Shown here: in pieces, positions 34,141 to 43,633 of the stretch
How positions within the stretch are numbered: the first letter of the stretch is position 1
How the letters are laid out: every line of letters starts with the position of its first letter
Source: a bacterium
GTDB lineage: Bacteria; Patescibacteriota; Microgenomatia; JAMCZE01
Length of the DNA: 64,000 bases
Assembly (NCBI GenBank): GCA_021836035.1
Contig: JAKBJL010000004.1
Coordinates: 3,841 to 67,840 of the forward strand
Reading direction: 5' to 3'
The notes under the pieces: model-generated
What the model was told of the DNA's origin: nothing
Databases searched by the model: none
Seen by the model: the letters and a program-made list of their open reading frames with translations, nothing else
Program-made: the position numbers and the translations under genes

Positions 34141-34485
34141 TCATTTTACCTGTTCCACAATTTTTTGGAAAGCAGCGGGGTCATCGAGAATAAGTTGCGC
34201 CAAAATCTTACGATCGAGTTGAATATTAGCCAGCTTCAGTTTATGGATAAACTCACTATAGCGTAAACCGTGCGGTTTGACGGCTTCGTTGATATGCAGA
34301 ATCCAATCGCGGCGAAATTGCGATTTCCGGTCCTTGCGTCCAACATATGCGTATTGACCAGCATGCAGTACCGCCTCGTGGGCTTTGCGGATTAGCTTTC
34401 TCCGGCTCATCCAATAACCCTTAGCTTGCCGAAGCAATTTTTTATGTTTTGCGTGGCTGGTAAGGCCCCTTTTAATTCTTGCCAT
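34141..34485 (-). CDS. rplT: 50S ribosomal protein L20
   Basis: MARIKRGLTSHAKHKKLLRQAKGYWMSRRKL... Confidence 0.92.
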   Translation of the reverse strand: MARIKRGLTSHAKHKKLLRQAKGYWMSRRKLIRKAHEAVLHAGQYAYVGRKDRKSQFRRDWILHINEAVKPHGLRYSEFIHKLKLANIQLDRKILAQLILDDPAAFQKIVEQVK

Positions 34486-34724
34486 ATTCCGGTAATTAGT
34501 ATGGCAGTAAGACAGTGGGCTAGTAATTTAGTTAATTAAGACTACCATGTTGCCCTACTGCTTATCTGTCCTACTTTGAAAGTATTTACTGTGTATTTCC
34601 CTAAACGGTTTGTATATTTTACCCACAAAGGGTCGAATACGCAAATAATGATTATAGGCACGCGCCGAAACTTCTGCCGCCCTATCCCGTGCGTTCTTAC
34701 GGAAATTGACAGTAAATCTATGCA

Positions 34725-34919
34725 CTATATTCCTAAAATCTTTTTAATTTTTTTACCCCAGGCACCGGTAACAAGCAGCGGTTCTTTACCCCGGCGTAAA
34801 TTGGTTCTTCGCTTCGCGGCGGCGTGATGTCTTTGCCCCATCTTGCGCCGCAACAACTTCCCGCTGCCGGTGACTTTAATCCGGTCCCTTAAGGATTTGG
34901 TCGTTTTTATTTTAGGCAT
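34725..34919 (-). CDS. rpmI: 50S ribosomal protein L35
   Basis: MPKIKTTKSLRDRIKVTGSGKLLRRKMGQRHH. Confidence 0.88.
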   Translation of the reverse strand: MPKIKTTKSLRDRIKVTGSGKLLRRKMGQRHHAAAKRRTNLRRGKEPLLVTGAWGKKIKKILGI

Positions 34920-34944
34920 ATAAAAATTAGTGAATAGTTATCGT

Positions 34945-35454
34945 TTATTTCGCACTAAATACCGTTACTAATAATTTTCCTTCGAAATGAGCTTCGCGGT
35001 CGATTTTACCGACATCGGAAAGTCTTTCTTTAAACTGGTCGATTATCTTATATCCGAACTCCGGATGGGTAATCTGGCGGCCGGAAAATTTTACCACTAC
35101 CTTGGTATTATATCCATCGGTTAAAAATTCCTTGGTCTTTTTAATACGGGCGTCAATATCAGCTTGCCCGGCGAAAGGACCGCCGACTCTCACCTCTTTG
35201 ATTCCAGTATTTTTCTGCGATTTTTTAGATTCTTTTTCCTTTTTTTCCTGTTGATAAATAAATTTCTTATAATCGACTATTTTGGCTACCGGCGGCTGGG
35301 CATTTTCACCTATCAAAACCAAATCCGCGCCCTGACCGAGCGCGTAATCCAAAGCTTCTTCTTTGGTAAGGATGCCGATTTGCTTGCCGTCTTCCCCGAT
35401 TAGTCTTAGACGAGGAGCGGCTATTTGATTATTGGCTTTGTACTGTTTCTGCAA
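34945..35454 (-). CDS. infC: Translation initiation factor IF-3
   Basis: INNQIAAPRLRLIGEDGKQIGIL...QADIDARIKKTKEFLTDGYNTKVVVKFSGRQITHPEFG. Confidence 0.9.
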   Translation of the reverse strand: MQKQYKANNQIAAPRLRLIGEDGKQIGILTKEEALDYALGQGADLVLIGENAQPPVAKIVDYKKFIYQQEKKEKESKKSQKNTGIKEVRVGGPFAGQADIDARIKKTKEFLTDGYNTKVVVKFSGRQITHPEFGYKIIDQFKERLSDVGKIDREAHFEGKLLVTVFSAK

Positions 35455-35472
35455 TCTGTAGCTAAAGTAACT

Positions 35473-37224
35473 TTAGGCTGACCGCAATTTTTTATCTCCG
35501 ATTTCCATTTTAATTTCTTCCAGAAACTTTTGCAAGGGCATTTTGCCCAGATCTCCGCGGTCGCGGCTTCTTACTGCGACCCGCTCTGATTTTTCCTCTT
35601 CGTCGCCTACTACCAACATATAAGGGACTTTTTGGAGTTGCGCGTCGCGGATTTTGGCGCTGAGAGTTTCCGCCCGCTCATCAATTTCGCTTCGGATACT
35701 GTTTTTTAAAAGATTTTCATTTAATTTTAGGGCATAATTCAAGTGCCGGTCGGCAATCGGCAGAATCACAGCTTGTACCGGGGATAGCCAGACGGGAAAC
35801 GCCCCGGCAAAATGTTCTAAAAGAATCATCAGGAACCGTTCTGACGAACCGAGAATGGCGCGGTGAATCATCACCGGAATTTTAAGACTGCCGTCACGAT
35901 CCGTATAGTTAAGACCGAATCTTTCCGGCATGACAAAATCGATTTGGACAGTGGAGAGTTGCCATTCCCGCCCCAAGGCATCAGTTGCCATCAGATCCAT
36001 TTTGGGAGCATAAAAAGCCGCTTCCCCCTCGGCGATAAAGAAATCAATTTTATTCCGCTGCATAATTTTTTCCGCCCACTTTTCCACCTTGTCCCAAACC
36101 TCCGGTTGTCCCAGATATTTTTCGGGATGTTCTCGGTCACGGGTAGATAGACGGTAGCGGTAAGAGAAACCGAAAGTCGCCATCACTTTTTTAATCATCT
36201 GCAGAGCGGTATCAATTTCGTTGTCCACCTGTTCTTCCGTACAGAAAATATGGCAATCATCCTGGGAAAAAGAACGGACGCGGGCCAAGCCGTTTAGCTC
36301 CCCGGGTTTTTCATCGCGGTACAGCATGGCAAAATCAGTCAAACGCAAAGGCAAGTCGCGGTAGCTTCTTTGTTTGGCTGCGTAAATTTGAGTATGTTGC
36401 GGACAATTCATAGGTTTGAGAAAAAATTCTTCTTCGGAATAATGGGAAACGACATTAAACATATCGTTCTTATATTTATCATAATGTCCGGAAACTTTAA
36501 AAAGTTCTGCTTTGGCTACCTGCGGCGTCCAGACCTGCTGATAACCGACCCGGGATTGCAAGTCCTCAATAAAATTATTCAATTCCCGGCGAATAATGCC
36601 GCCCCGCGGCGTATAAAGCGGAAATCCGGCGCCGACCAATTCGGAAAAAGTAAATAAATCCAAATCCCGGCCCAACTTGCGATGATCTCTTTTGTCCGCC
36701 TCTTCTAATAAGTGCAGATAATCCTCAAGTTCTTTTTTAGTCGGAAAAGCAGTCCCGTAAATCCGGGTCAACATTTTGTTTTTCTCATTTCCGCGCCAGT
36801 AAGCCCCGGCAATTTTTAAAAGCTTAAAATATTTCAGATCATTTTTAGGATGCGGCGTATGTCCGCCGCGGCATAGATCGGTAAAATTTCCGGATTTATA
36901 TAAAGTTATCGATTTACCCTCTTTTTCTAATTCTTCAATTAATTCCTGCTTGTATGGATTAGAGACAAAATCTGACTTAGCTTGGTCGGCGGTAACTTCC
37001 AGTTTTTCAAAACTATTCCAGGTTTTGGCAATCTCCTGCATTTTTCCCTCGATCCGGGGTAAATCTTCTGCGGAAATTTTGAGTTGATCGAAGTCGTAAT
37101 AAAAACCGTTTTCAACCGACGGCCCGATAGCGGGCAGCGCCTCGGGATATAATTCCAGAACCGCCGCAGCTAATAAATGCGCCGAAGAATGTCTGAGATT
37201 GTCTAACTTTTCTTTTTTCTCCAT
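35473..37224 (-). CDS. thrS: Threonine--tRNA ligase, compact form
   Basis: 583 aa. Second additional domain HSSAHLLAAAV, class II catalytic core, and the C-terminal anticodon-binding domain. Confidence 0.9.
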   Translation of the reverse strand: MEKKEKLDNLRHSSAHLLAAAVLELYPEALPAIGPSVENGFYYDFDQLKISAEDLPRIEGKMQEIAKTWNSFEKLEVTADQAKSDFVSNPYKQELIEELEKEGKSITLYKSGNFTDLCRGGHTPHPKNDLKYFKLLKIAGAYWRGNEKNKMLTRIYGTAFPTKKELEDYLHLLEEADKRDHRKLGRDLDLFTFSELVGAGFPLYTPRGGIIRRELNNFIEDLQSRVGYQQVWTPQVAKAELFKVSGHYDKYKNDMFNVVSHYSEEEFFLKPMNCPQHTQIYAAKQRSYRDLPLRLTDFAMLYRDEKPGELNGLARVRSFSQDDCHIFCTEEQVDNEIDTALQMIKKVMATFGFSYRYRLSTRDREHPEKYLGQPEVWDKVEKWAEKIMQRNKIDFFIAEGEAAFYAPKMDLMATDALGREWQLSTVQIDFVMPERFGLNYTDRDGSLKIPVMIHRAILGSSERFLMILLEHFAGAFPVWLSPVQAVILPIADRHLNYALKLNENLLKNSIRSEIDERAETLSAKIRDAQLQKVPYMLVVGDEEEKSERVAVRSRDRGDLGKMPLQKFLEEIKMEIGDKKLRSA

Positions 37225-37396
37225 AAAATAATTAAAGCACCAATCTATTCTGGATTATTTCTGGAACGCCTGCAAGCGTGGTTCCATCCAGATTTACCCC
37301 CAACTGCACGGTATGGGGTTTGGTGCTTAATTTCTGTGGTCTGCACAGTCAGTTCAGTAAAAAAGTTGGTGAGTCTTTTATCGCGCTGAAATTAAC

Positions 37397-37426
37397 TTGA
37401 GTAAAGTTTAGGGGTTCAGTTATAAT
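37397..37426 (+). promoter_or_regulatory. Sigma70-like promoter for tRNA-Val (TTGAGT, 18-nt spacer, TATAAT)
   Basis: TTGAGT at 37397-37402 and TATAAT at 37421-37426. The tRNA begins 16 nt downstream. Confidence 0.55.
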
Positions 37427-37441
37427 ATGTCAAGTTAATTA

Positions 37442-37513
37442 GGGCTCGTGGCTCAGTGGTAGAGCGTCTCGTTGACATCGAGAAGGTCAGAGGTCCAATT
37501 CCTCTCGGGCCCA
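37442..37513 (+). tRNA. tRNA-Val (anticodon GAC)
   Basis: Cloverleaf verified by hand. Acceptor GGGCTCG/CGGGCCC, D-arm GCTC-AGTGGT-AGAGC, anticodon stem TCTCG/CGAGA with loop TTGACAT, T-arm AGAGG-TCCAATT-CCTCT. No encoded CCA. Confidence 0.85.
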
Positions 37514-37523
37514 CTAAATCAAA

Positions 37524-37856
37524 CTATATACCTGGGATAATTCTCTCTCCGATTATTGTCTCAATTAACTCTAGAGTTTTTAATCTGGCTATTTGGGGAT
37601 CGCCTCTTAATAAGCAGGTACTGGTAGTGTTCCAGATGTGAATTTTCCCATCTAAATCTCTATCAATCAATCCGCCATCGTCCAGAAGATATTTACAAAA
37701 GTTATTACCGGTTAGAAGTCCGAGGCCATTCTCTGCGGCAATTTCGGAATGAGCTAATTCCCAAAAATCAAAAGCTACTTTATTTCCGTCACGGACAAAC
37801 TTGTAACCTTTACCATCTAATAATATTGAACTTTCTTTGTTCAAAAGTGGGCTCAT
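37524..37856 (-). CDS. Hypothetical protein (110 aa)
   Basis: ORF only. No recognisable motif. Confidence 0.35.
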   Translation of the reverse strand: MSPLLNKESSILLDGKGYKFVRDGNKVAFDFWELAHSEIAAENGLGLLTGNNFCKYLLDDGGLIDRDLDGKIHIWNTTSTCLLRGDPQIARLKTLELIETIIGERIIPGI

Positions 37857-37873
37857 AACACCAATATATACTT

Positions 37874-38503
37874 TTATCCCGCTGCCGTGGCCAGAGAGCG
37901 CTCGTCAGACATGGCAAAGGAGCTGCCGTGTTTTTTAAACATAGCCCAATAGCCTTTTTTGGATTTTTTGGAATTAAAAGCCGAGAGCCAGGTCCGGGAT
38001 TTTACAACCTCTTTTTTCAAATCCTGAAGCATAGAAACGACCCACTCAAAGAAATTAAGATGATAAAGACCGGGTTTTTTCACCGTTTCCTGGACGGTAA
38101 TATTTTTTACATCGCCGGAAAGAGCAGCTGTCTGGACCTGAATATTTTTTACTTCCTGGGAAATCTGCGTGACCAACTGCTGAATCCTCTGCTTGGTTTC
38201 TAAAGTTTCCCGGTCAAAAACGGTTTTTTGCTCAACTTTTACCGCCTGGAACTGTCGCTGGAGGAGTTCAATCTTTTTTTCCGAAATCTTGGCTTTAAGA
38301 TTTAACTCCTCCCCCACTTTCATTTCGCCTTTAAACGGTTCGTTTTTAGACCTAGGGGAGAAATTCAGTTGGTCAATAGCTGTTTCCAGAAGTCCACGAC
38401 TAAGCTCACTGGCAGCTTTTTTACCGATATCCGCGCCCAAATCTCCTACCATCTCAATAGGGTTTTTATCCACAAAATCGCTTTTCTTCTTCGGGCTATT
38501 CAT
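37874..38503 (-). CDS. Hypothetical coiled-coil protein (209 aa)
   Basis: Heptad-rich Q/E/K central region. Co-oriented and tightly spaced downstream of tig. Confidence 0.4.
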   Translation of the reverse strand: MNSPKKKSDFVDKNPIEMVGDLGADIGKKAASELSRGLLETAIDQLNFSPRSKNEPFKGEMKVGEELNLKAKISEKKIELLQRQFQAVKVEQKTVFDRETLETKQRIQQLVTQISQEVKNIQVQTAALSGDVKNITVQETVKKPGLYHLNFFEWVVSMLQDLKKEVVKSRTWLSAFNSKKSKKGYWAMFKKHGSSFAMSDERSLATAAG

Positions 38504-38516
38504 TGCGCGAAGTGTA

Positions 38517-39386
38517 CTATAGGTTCGCGAGTTTTGTCAATGTCTGCTCTCGCCTCAGAATAGAAGCGAGTAGATATGATTGGGCCGTCAATGCTTTCTT
38601 TTTTTCCGGATCGGTTTCTTTATTGATAACCGACTCTACATCCTGCTGGGTAATCCGGATATCCAGATCGTCAGCGATTGCCTCCAGGATAAACTCCATT
38701 TTTAGCGCTGCCTCAGCCTGTTGGCGATATTTTTGCTGTAACTGCTCGGCGGTCTGGCCGCTGCTTTGCAAATATTGTTCGAAAGTTAGTCCTGCCTGCC
38801 TGACATCATCCACCAATTGCGTAACCAATTTATTTGTTTCCGATTCCGCAAGAAGTTCCGGTAATTCTACTTTACAAATTTCCAATAGTTTTTGCACAAT
38901 TTCCGAGATTTTTCTGCTCTGATCTTCTGCCTTTTTCTTTTCGTCCTCCTGGGGGTTTAAGTCCTGGGTGCTGCCCGGGGTCCAAATTTTTCCTTTGGCA
39001 TTAATACCTTTTACCATTTCGCGGTAATTGTCCAGTACAACTTGGGGTCTTTCGGCGGCGACGGCTTTAAACTGCCAATCTTTGCCTTCTTCTCCGGAAA
39101 CAATTTGGATTTTCGGGGAAATAATAGGTTTAAGTTTGTATTCATCCAGCGCCTTGCTATAAGCTTCCGGTAGCAGGCGATTGACTACTTCGCCGTAAAC
39201 TTTGCTTTTGTCCACCTTTTGGGCGATAAGATTTTCCGGGGCTTTGCCCTTGCGGAAACCTTCAACTTCAATTTCCGCGGCCACTTCGGCAAAAACCACA
39301 TCATAGATTTTCTTTACCTCCGGCCAGGGGAAAGTCAGCGTCAATTCGAAAGAGGAACCCGGTAAACGGGTCAGTGCGCTTATCAT
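38517..39386 (-). CDS. tig: Trigger factor lacking the PPIase domain (N- and C-domains only)
   Basis: Ribosome-binding signature GFRKGKAP near residue 45, and a TF-like N-terminus (FELTLTFPWPEVKK). At 289 aa it is ~140 aa shorter than the canonical ~430 aa. Confidence 0.65.
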   Translation of the reverse strand: MISALTRLPGSSFELTLTFPWPEVKKIYDVVFAEVAAEIEVEGFRKGKAPENLIAQKVDKSKVYGEVVNRLLPEAYSKALDEYKLKPIISPKIQIVSGEEGKDWQFKAVAAERPQVVLDNYREMVKGINAKGKIWTPGSTQDLNPQEDEKKKAEDQSRKISEIVQKLLEICKVELPELLAESETNKLVTQLVDDVRQAGLTFEQYLQSSGQTAEQLQQKYRQQAEAALKMEFILEAIADDLDIRITQQDVESVINKETDPEKKKALTAQSYLLASILRREQTLTKLANL

Positions 39387-39398
39387 AGCAGACGCATT

Positions 39399-39749
39399 TT
39401 ACTGGATATTGATTTTTAAATCAATTGCCGGCGGGGCTATTTGCGGCTCCAAAAGATCCAGATTATCTACTTCCCCCAACCAGGTTTTAAGATCTCCCTG
39501 AAGTTTAAGGGCGCCGGCATCGCCCGAGAGTATTCCCGGTTTGCGAGCAACCGGAGTAAGCGTGGGTGAGATATTGGCAGCAGGAGATGGAATTGCCGGC
39601 TGGTTTTGGTGGGAAAAGATAAGAAAGGCCATCCCGATACCGAGGGCAAAAACAAAAACGCTGGTAATAATAAGAATTAATACCAAGCTGGCATTTAATT
39701 CCACTTTCCGGTCCGGTCTGATAATTTCTCCGCCGTCTGCAATTTCCAT
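39399..39749 (-). CDS. Hypothetical single-pass membrane protein
   Basis: One TM segment (LVLILIITSVFVFALGIGMAFLIF). Confidence 0.4.
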   Translation of the reverse strand: MEIADGGEIIRPDRKVELNASLVLILIITSVFVFALGIGMAFLIFSHQNQPAIPSPAANISPTLTPVARKPGILSGDAGALKLQGDLKTWLGEVDNLDLLEPQIAPPAIDLKINIQ

Positions 39750-39754
39750 AAAAT

Positions 39755-40561
39755 TTATCCGTTAATTAAGGAATTCATAATTTCTAATAGGAAATTCCCT
39801 GCTTCATGCAGATATTGCTGGCCTTCGGCTAGGAATTTTTGACCGCTCATCAGGGATATTTCCTGATTGGAATAATAGGAATTTTGGGGGGAAAATACTT
39901 CTTGCGCGGCATCTCTTTTAGTTTGGTAAAGGTCGATCTTTCCCCGGGCGGTTATAAGACCTCTTTGCCAACTTAAAACATCATGGCCGTTGTTTTGTAA
40001 ACCGGTCAGAGTGTCATTTACTCGTGCCGAAAGATCGTCAACTTTAGCTGCCTGCAGGTCAATTTTGGCCAGTAAAATTGACCCGATAGCTTTTTTCATT
40101 TCTTCCTCTATCGTTTTATATTTGTCATCAAAATCTCCGCTTACTTTATTTAAATCCTCAATATTAGCGGCAGAATTAATTTCTCTCTGGTGATCATTAA
40201 GATAGGCAGTTTCAGCGGCTACAATTCCGGAGAAAGTGTTAAGGCTATCGGCGCTGAAACCTTCCGTTTCCCGCATTTTTTCAATTACCGCCTGAAAATA
40301 AGCGCTGACAACGAGATCTCTTTTTATCAGTACAACCCGCATTTTTTCCATAGCGGTGTTTTGGGTTAAAAGGGTTTTGTAGGTATTATAAGTGGAGCTG
40401 GCCACGATAAAATCCTGGTAAGCTTGGCGATATGCACTATATTCGTTATGGTAGTCGTCATAAGCCTGTTTGTACGATGCAAAAGAGATTCCGGCGAATA
40501 GGAAAAAGAAAATGACCCCGGTAATTATTGATGTTGTGAAAACGGTCAGTCTAATCCCCAT
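39755..40561 (-). CDS. Hypothetical N-terminally anchored, helical extracytoplasmic protein
   Basis: N-terminal TM segment, then a 240-aa alpha-helical region rich in Y/Q. Confidence 0.45.
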   Translation of the reverse strand: MGIRLTVFTTSIITGVIFFFLFAGISFASYKQAYDDYHNEYSAYRQAYQDFIVASSTYNTYKTLLTQNTAMEKMRVVLIKRDLVVSAYFQAVIEKMRETEGFSADSLNTFSGIVAAETAYLNDHQREINSAANIEDLNKVSGDFDDKYKTIEEEMKKAIGSILLAKIDLQAAKVDDLSARVNDTLTGLQNNGHDVLSWQRGLITARGKIDLYQTKRDAAQEVFSPQNSYYSNQEISLMSGQKFLAEGQQYLHEAGNFLLEIMNSLING

Positions 40562-40746
40562 TAATTTATCTTATATCAGAAGAACCGGTAGTGTCCAGTG
40601 CACATCGAGCGACCAATCTTGAACCTCTGAAACTATTAGTTAACTCGATTCTGCTCCAATGGAATTATGCCCCCCTTCGGCCCGAAGATTTTAACGCCTG
40701 GTATCTTTCCGATGCAGTTGCAATTGTTAGTTTATGAGCTCTAGGC

Positions 40747-41925
40747 TTACTGAAACGAACTTATAACGTTCTTTGCTTCATCTAGACTGAATACACTAAA
40801 ATGGATACGATAAAGAACGCTATTTGAGTCGATGTAATATAAATAGAAGCTATCGTCGGTCACTTGCCGAAGATATGCCCTGCCGTCTCTCGACTGGCTT
40901 AGAGAAATTGTGGTGATCTTCTCTTTTTGCCGATCTTTTATCTGGGAGTTGACTAATTTTTGCAGATCAAACGGCGTAGTAACTTGTTCTTGAATAATTA
41001 CAATGGCCCCAGGTTCTCTGGCGTTGTTGAGCGGAGGCCCGTAAATAAGACCAATTGCATTCATTCCCCCCGAGACGTCCTTAGCGGGTGTGGGTCGTGC
41101 CCACTGGACAAAATCGAGGGGCAAGTAGCTTGGCCTTAAGATGTGAAAGCTAACATTTTTTTGAGCAGCAGTAAAACCTCGATCTTTATCTGTTGTTGTG
41201 TAATATCCATAGCTCATCGTTCCTATCACAGGTAAAACGGCTACCAAAAAGATTATTGAAAGAAAAATTTTTGCTTTGTTTGATAGGGGTTTCCCTTGAT
41301 GTTCAAATTCCCGATGTTTAATAAGGAGCAAAATTATAGATATCAGTATTAATATCCACATTAAAAGATCAGTTAGAGTCGATGCTGACGTTATGTCCTG
41401 GAATAATTTAAAATTAATAGCATTTTGCCCCACATTATTACCGGTGCTCCCTAGCTGGGAATGTAGATTTATTAGAAAACCGATAGCAATTGAAAGGGGT
41501 AGTGGAATGATAACTAAACATGTCAAGGCCATAATCCAAGATGCTCTCGTTTGGTTTCTAATTTTGATTGCAACTAAAAAGTAAACAAAGGCTGCTAGAG
41601 CAAGCAAAATTGGAACAATACCCGTTGATGGAAAGTAACGCAAAAGATCAAAGACAAAATAGCCCCATCCAAAAGATGTTGAATAGTTCAGTAGAACAAC
41701 AATAGCAAAGATAACAAGGGCAAATAGAAGATATAGAGAAGCTAAAATAAACAATGCTATTGAAATAATGTTTACCGCCACCGGTGTTGATTCTTGGAAG
41801 GTTGGCTCAGATAAGATATTTACCGTAGCTTGAGGTTGATTAACCGGAGAATCTTGAGGGCTCGTAAGTGTTTGATTTTGATAATCCATCCTATCCCATG
41901 GTAGCATAGTTAAAATAGAGTGCAA
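40747..41925 (-). CDS. Hypothetical polytopic membrane protein with a C-terminal soluble domain
   Basis: About six TM segments, then a ~150-aa C-terminal domain. Confidence 0.5.
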   Translation of the reverse strand: MHSILTMLPWDRMDYQNQTLTSPQDSPVNQPQATVNILSEPTFQESTPVAVNIISIALFILASLYLLFALVIFAIVVLLNYSTSFGWGYFVFDLLRYFPSTGIVPILLALAAFVYFLVAIKIRNQTRASWIMALTCLVIIPLPLSIAIGFLINLHSQLGSTGNNVGQNAINFKLFQDITSASTLTDLLMWILILISIILLLIKHREFEHQGKPLSNKAKIFLSIIFLVAVLPVIGTMSYGYYTTTDKDRGFTAAQKNVSFHILRPSYLPLDFVQWARPTPAKDVSGGMNAIGLIYGPPLNNAREPGAIVIIQEQVTTPFDLQKLVNSQIKDRQKEKITTISLSQSRDGRAYLRQVTDDSFYLYYIDSNSVLYRIHFSVFSLDEAKNVISSFQ

Positions 41926-42091
41926 TCGTTAAACTACAGCCAGCTAGATAACCTATGGTGAGTCTTAATGAACTCTACGACGGTGGATAGATCTTGCTGA
42001 CATATTGAGCTTGAATCAAGCTGAAACGTTGTCAAACCTTTTATTAAGCGATAACAGGTCTCCGGTAAAATAGACAAAGCTTCAGGCACTT

Positions 42092-42250
42092 TTGAATCTT
42101 CAGAAGGAGACAGACCCGGCTAACGTTGATTCCGAAGTTAAAACGGAGTTTTTGTCCAAAGTTAAGACGGGAACCCCGTTAATCGTTCTTTCCAAACAGC
42201 ATGGTGTTTCCCACCAGTCAATCTACGATTGGCCCAAAAATACCGTAATC
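42092..42250 (+). pseudogene. Transposase N-terminal HTH fragment (first ~50 codons only)
   Basis: LSKQHGVSHQSIYDW resembles the HTH_Tnp / IS3-type OrfA recognition helix. The ORF continues into tRNA-Leu, so only the N-terminal part is credible. Confidence 0.3.
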
Positions 42251-42401
42251 ATTTATGATCTTGTTGTTGATAACAATATCAAACTTTTCTTCTATCACAA
42301 AAAGGTGGCAAAAGGAGAAAAAGAGGGAAATAACCGGCTCGAACCCGGAAGCAAAGCCGTAGAAGTGCCTAATCACGATATTTCCCAAAAAATTCTTATA
42401 G

Positions 42402-42487
42402 TGCAGGCGAGAGGATTTGAACCTCCACAGGCTTGTTCAGCCCACAGGGTCCTAAGCCCTGCGCGTATACCGTTCCGCCACGCCTGC
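42402..42487 (-). tRNA. tRNA-Leu (anticodon TAG) with a long variable arm
   Basis: Reverse complement GCAGGCG...CAGGG-CTTAGGA-CCCTG...variable arm TGGGCTGAACAAGCCTG...GGAGGTTCAAATCCTC...CGCCTGC-A. Perfect 7-bp acceptor stem. Confidence 0.82.
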
Positions 42488-42577
42488 ATCTTGAGTGATC
42501 CAATTATCCCAAAATTGGAACACTCATTACAACTATCGTAGTGTAACAGAATTAGGTTAACACTTTGGTAAACACCG

Positions 42578-43096
42578 ATGAATGGATCTCGCATTAACTA
42601 TTTGTGGCCTAAAATGCCACCCGTGCATAACCGTATTAAGTCCCGATGGGTGGAAGAAATGATGTTGCGGGTCACCGCAAGGGAGACGGAGAAAACCGTT
42701 ACCGAGATTGCCCTCCCGGCTCACGTGAGCCGGAACACCATCTATAAATGGCTGGGAAGGTTTGAAAAGGGGGGCATAGGCAGCCTTGTCCCCCAAACCC
42801 CTGGGGCCAAGACCGGGACACAACTGGCCGCCATCTCCAGGGCCATTGTGGGGAAGATCATTGACCCCGTTGTCGCCCCTATTACTTTTCATGGTTGTTG
42901 GGTTTCTTTACCGGTTGGGGCAACCACAACTTCCACTGATTTTACAGGAAAATTGAAAACTGATTCTGAAAGTTGTTTAAATATTTTCAAAGCAACAAGA
43001 CATTCTCTACCACCGAAAGAAGTCCCAAAATATTTACACCAGCAGGATAATTTCCCGCCAAATAATCTGCCATACATCTTCATCGCTAATCAATAA
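42578..43096 (+). pseudogene. IS481/IS3-like transposase N-terminal fragment on a GC-rich segment (credible similarity ~42578-42880)
   Basis: TEIALPAHVSRNTIYKWLGRFEKGGIGSLVPQTPGAK is an HTH plus leucine-zipper-like transposase N-terminus. The local GC is clearly higher than the surroundings (roughly 58% or more). No DDE catalytic domain follows. Confidence 0.4.
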
Positions 43097-43633
43097 CATC
43101 ACTTAATTGAGATCACCCTACTGTTATTAAGGTATCATTAGTCCTTTCCACTAATTTAGCTCCGCGATCTTTAAGGAACATATTTGTATATTGATTCTTA
43201 AAGCCGGCTAGTGTGACCAATGCCTCTGGTTGACCGGGGTTTGCTAAATGTATCTCTGGGAAAATGTCTGGAATTTCTGTAAGTACTGGGTATTTGTCTA
43301 AAAATGGTTTTGTGAGCTTCCCAGCAACAAGTTTTTCCTTTCAAAACTTAAATTTATTGGGGTAGATTCTGGAGTTATTGGTGTAGTTGATAAGACTCTT
43401 TTTTCTTCCAGCGCGTATGTAAATAATATCATGAAATGGATGTTGATTACCTGATAATTGCAAAGTAAATTTTTATTGGAGCCAGTTTTTTAGGGATCGC
43501 TTTTTTGATAGCGCGCTTGTCAGTGAGGAGCGATCCAAACTGGTTACAACAGACGAGCCATTTAATTTGTAGAAAGTTCTTAAATATTTTTGCGTTTTTC
43601 TTCTTCGTCCGTCGGTGACCAATAGGGAATTAA

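Noticed and set aside
27025-37440. T-box riboswitch leaders upstream of tyrS, pheS and thrS
   Set aside because: I looked for the conserved T-box sequence (AATTAGGGTGGNACCGCG-like) on the mRNA strand of each leader and did not find it. The thrS upstream region instead carries the divergent tRNA-Val promoter.
42092-42594. Long ORFs 42092-42541 (+) and 42373-42594 (-)
   Set aside because: They run through or overlap tRNA-Leu (42402-42487). Only the first ~50 codons of the plus ORF look protein-like (transposase HTH remnant). The rest is read-through of the tRNA and spacer.
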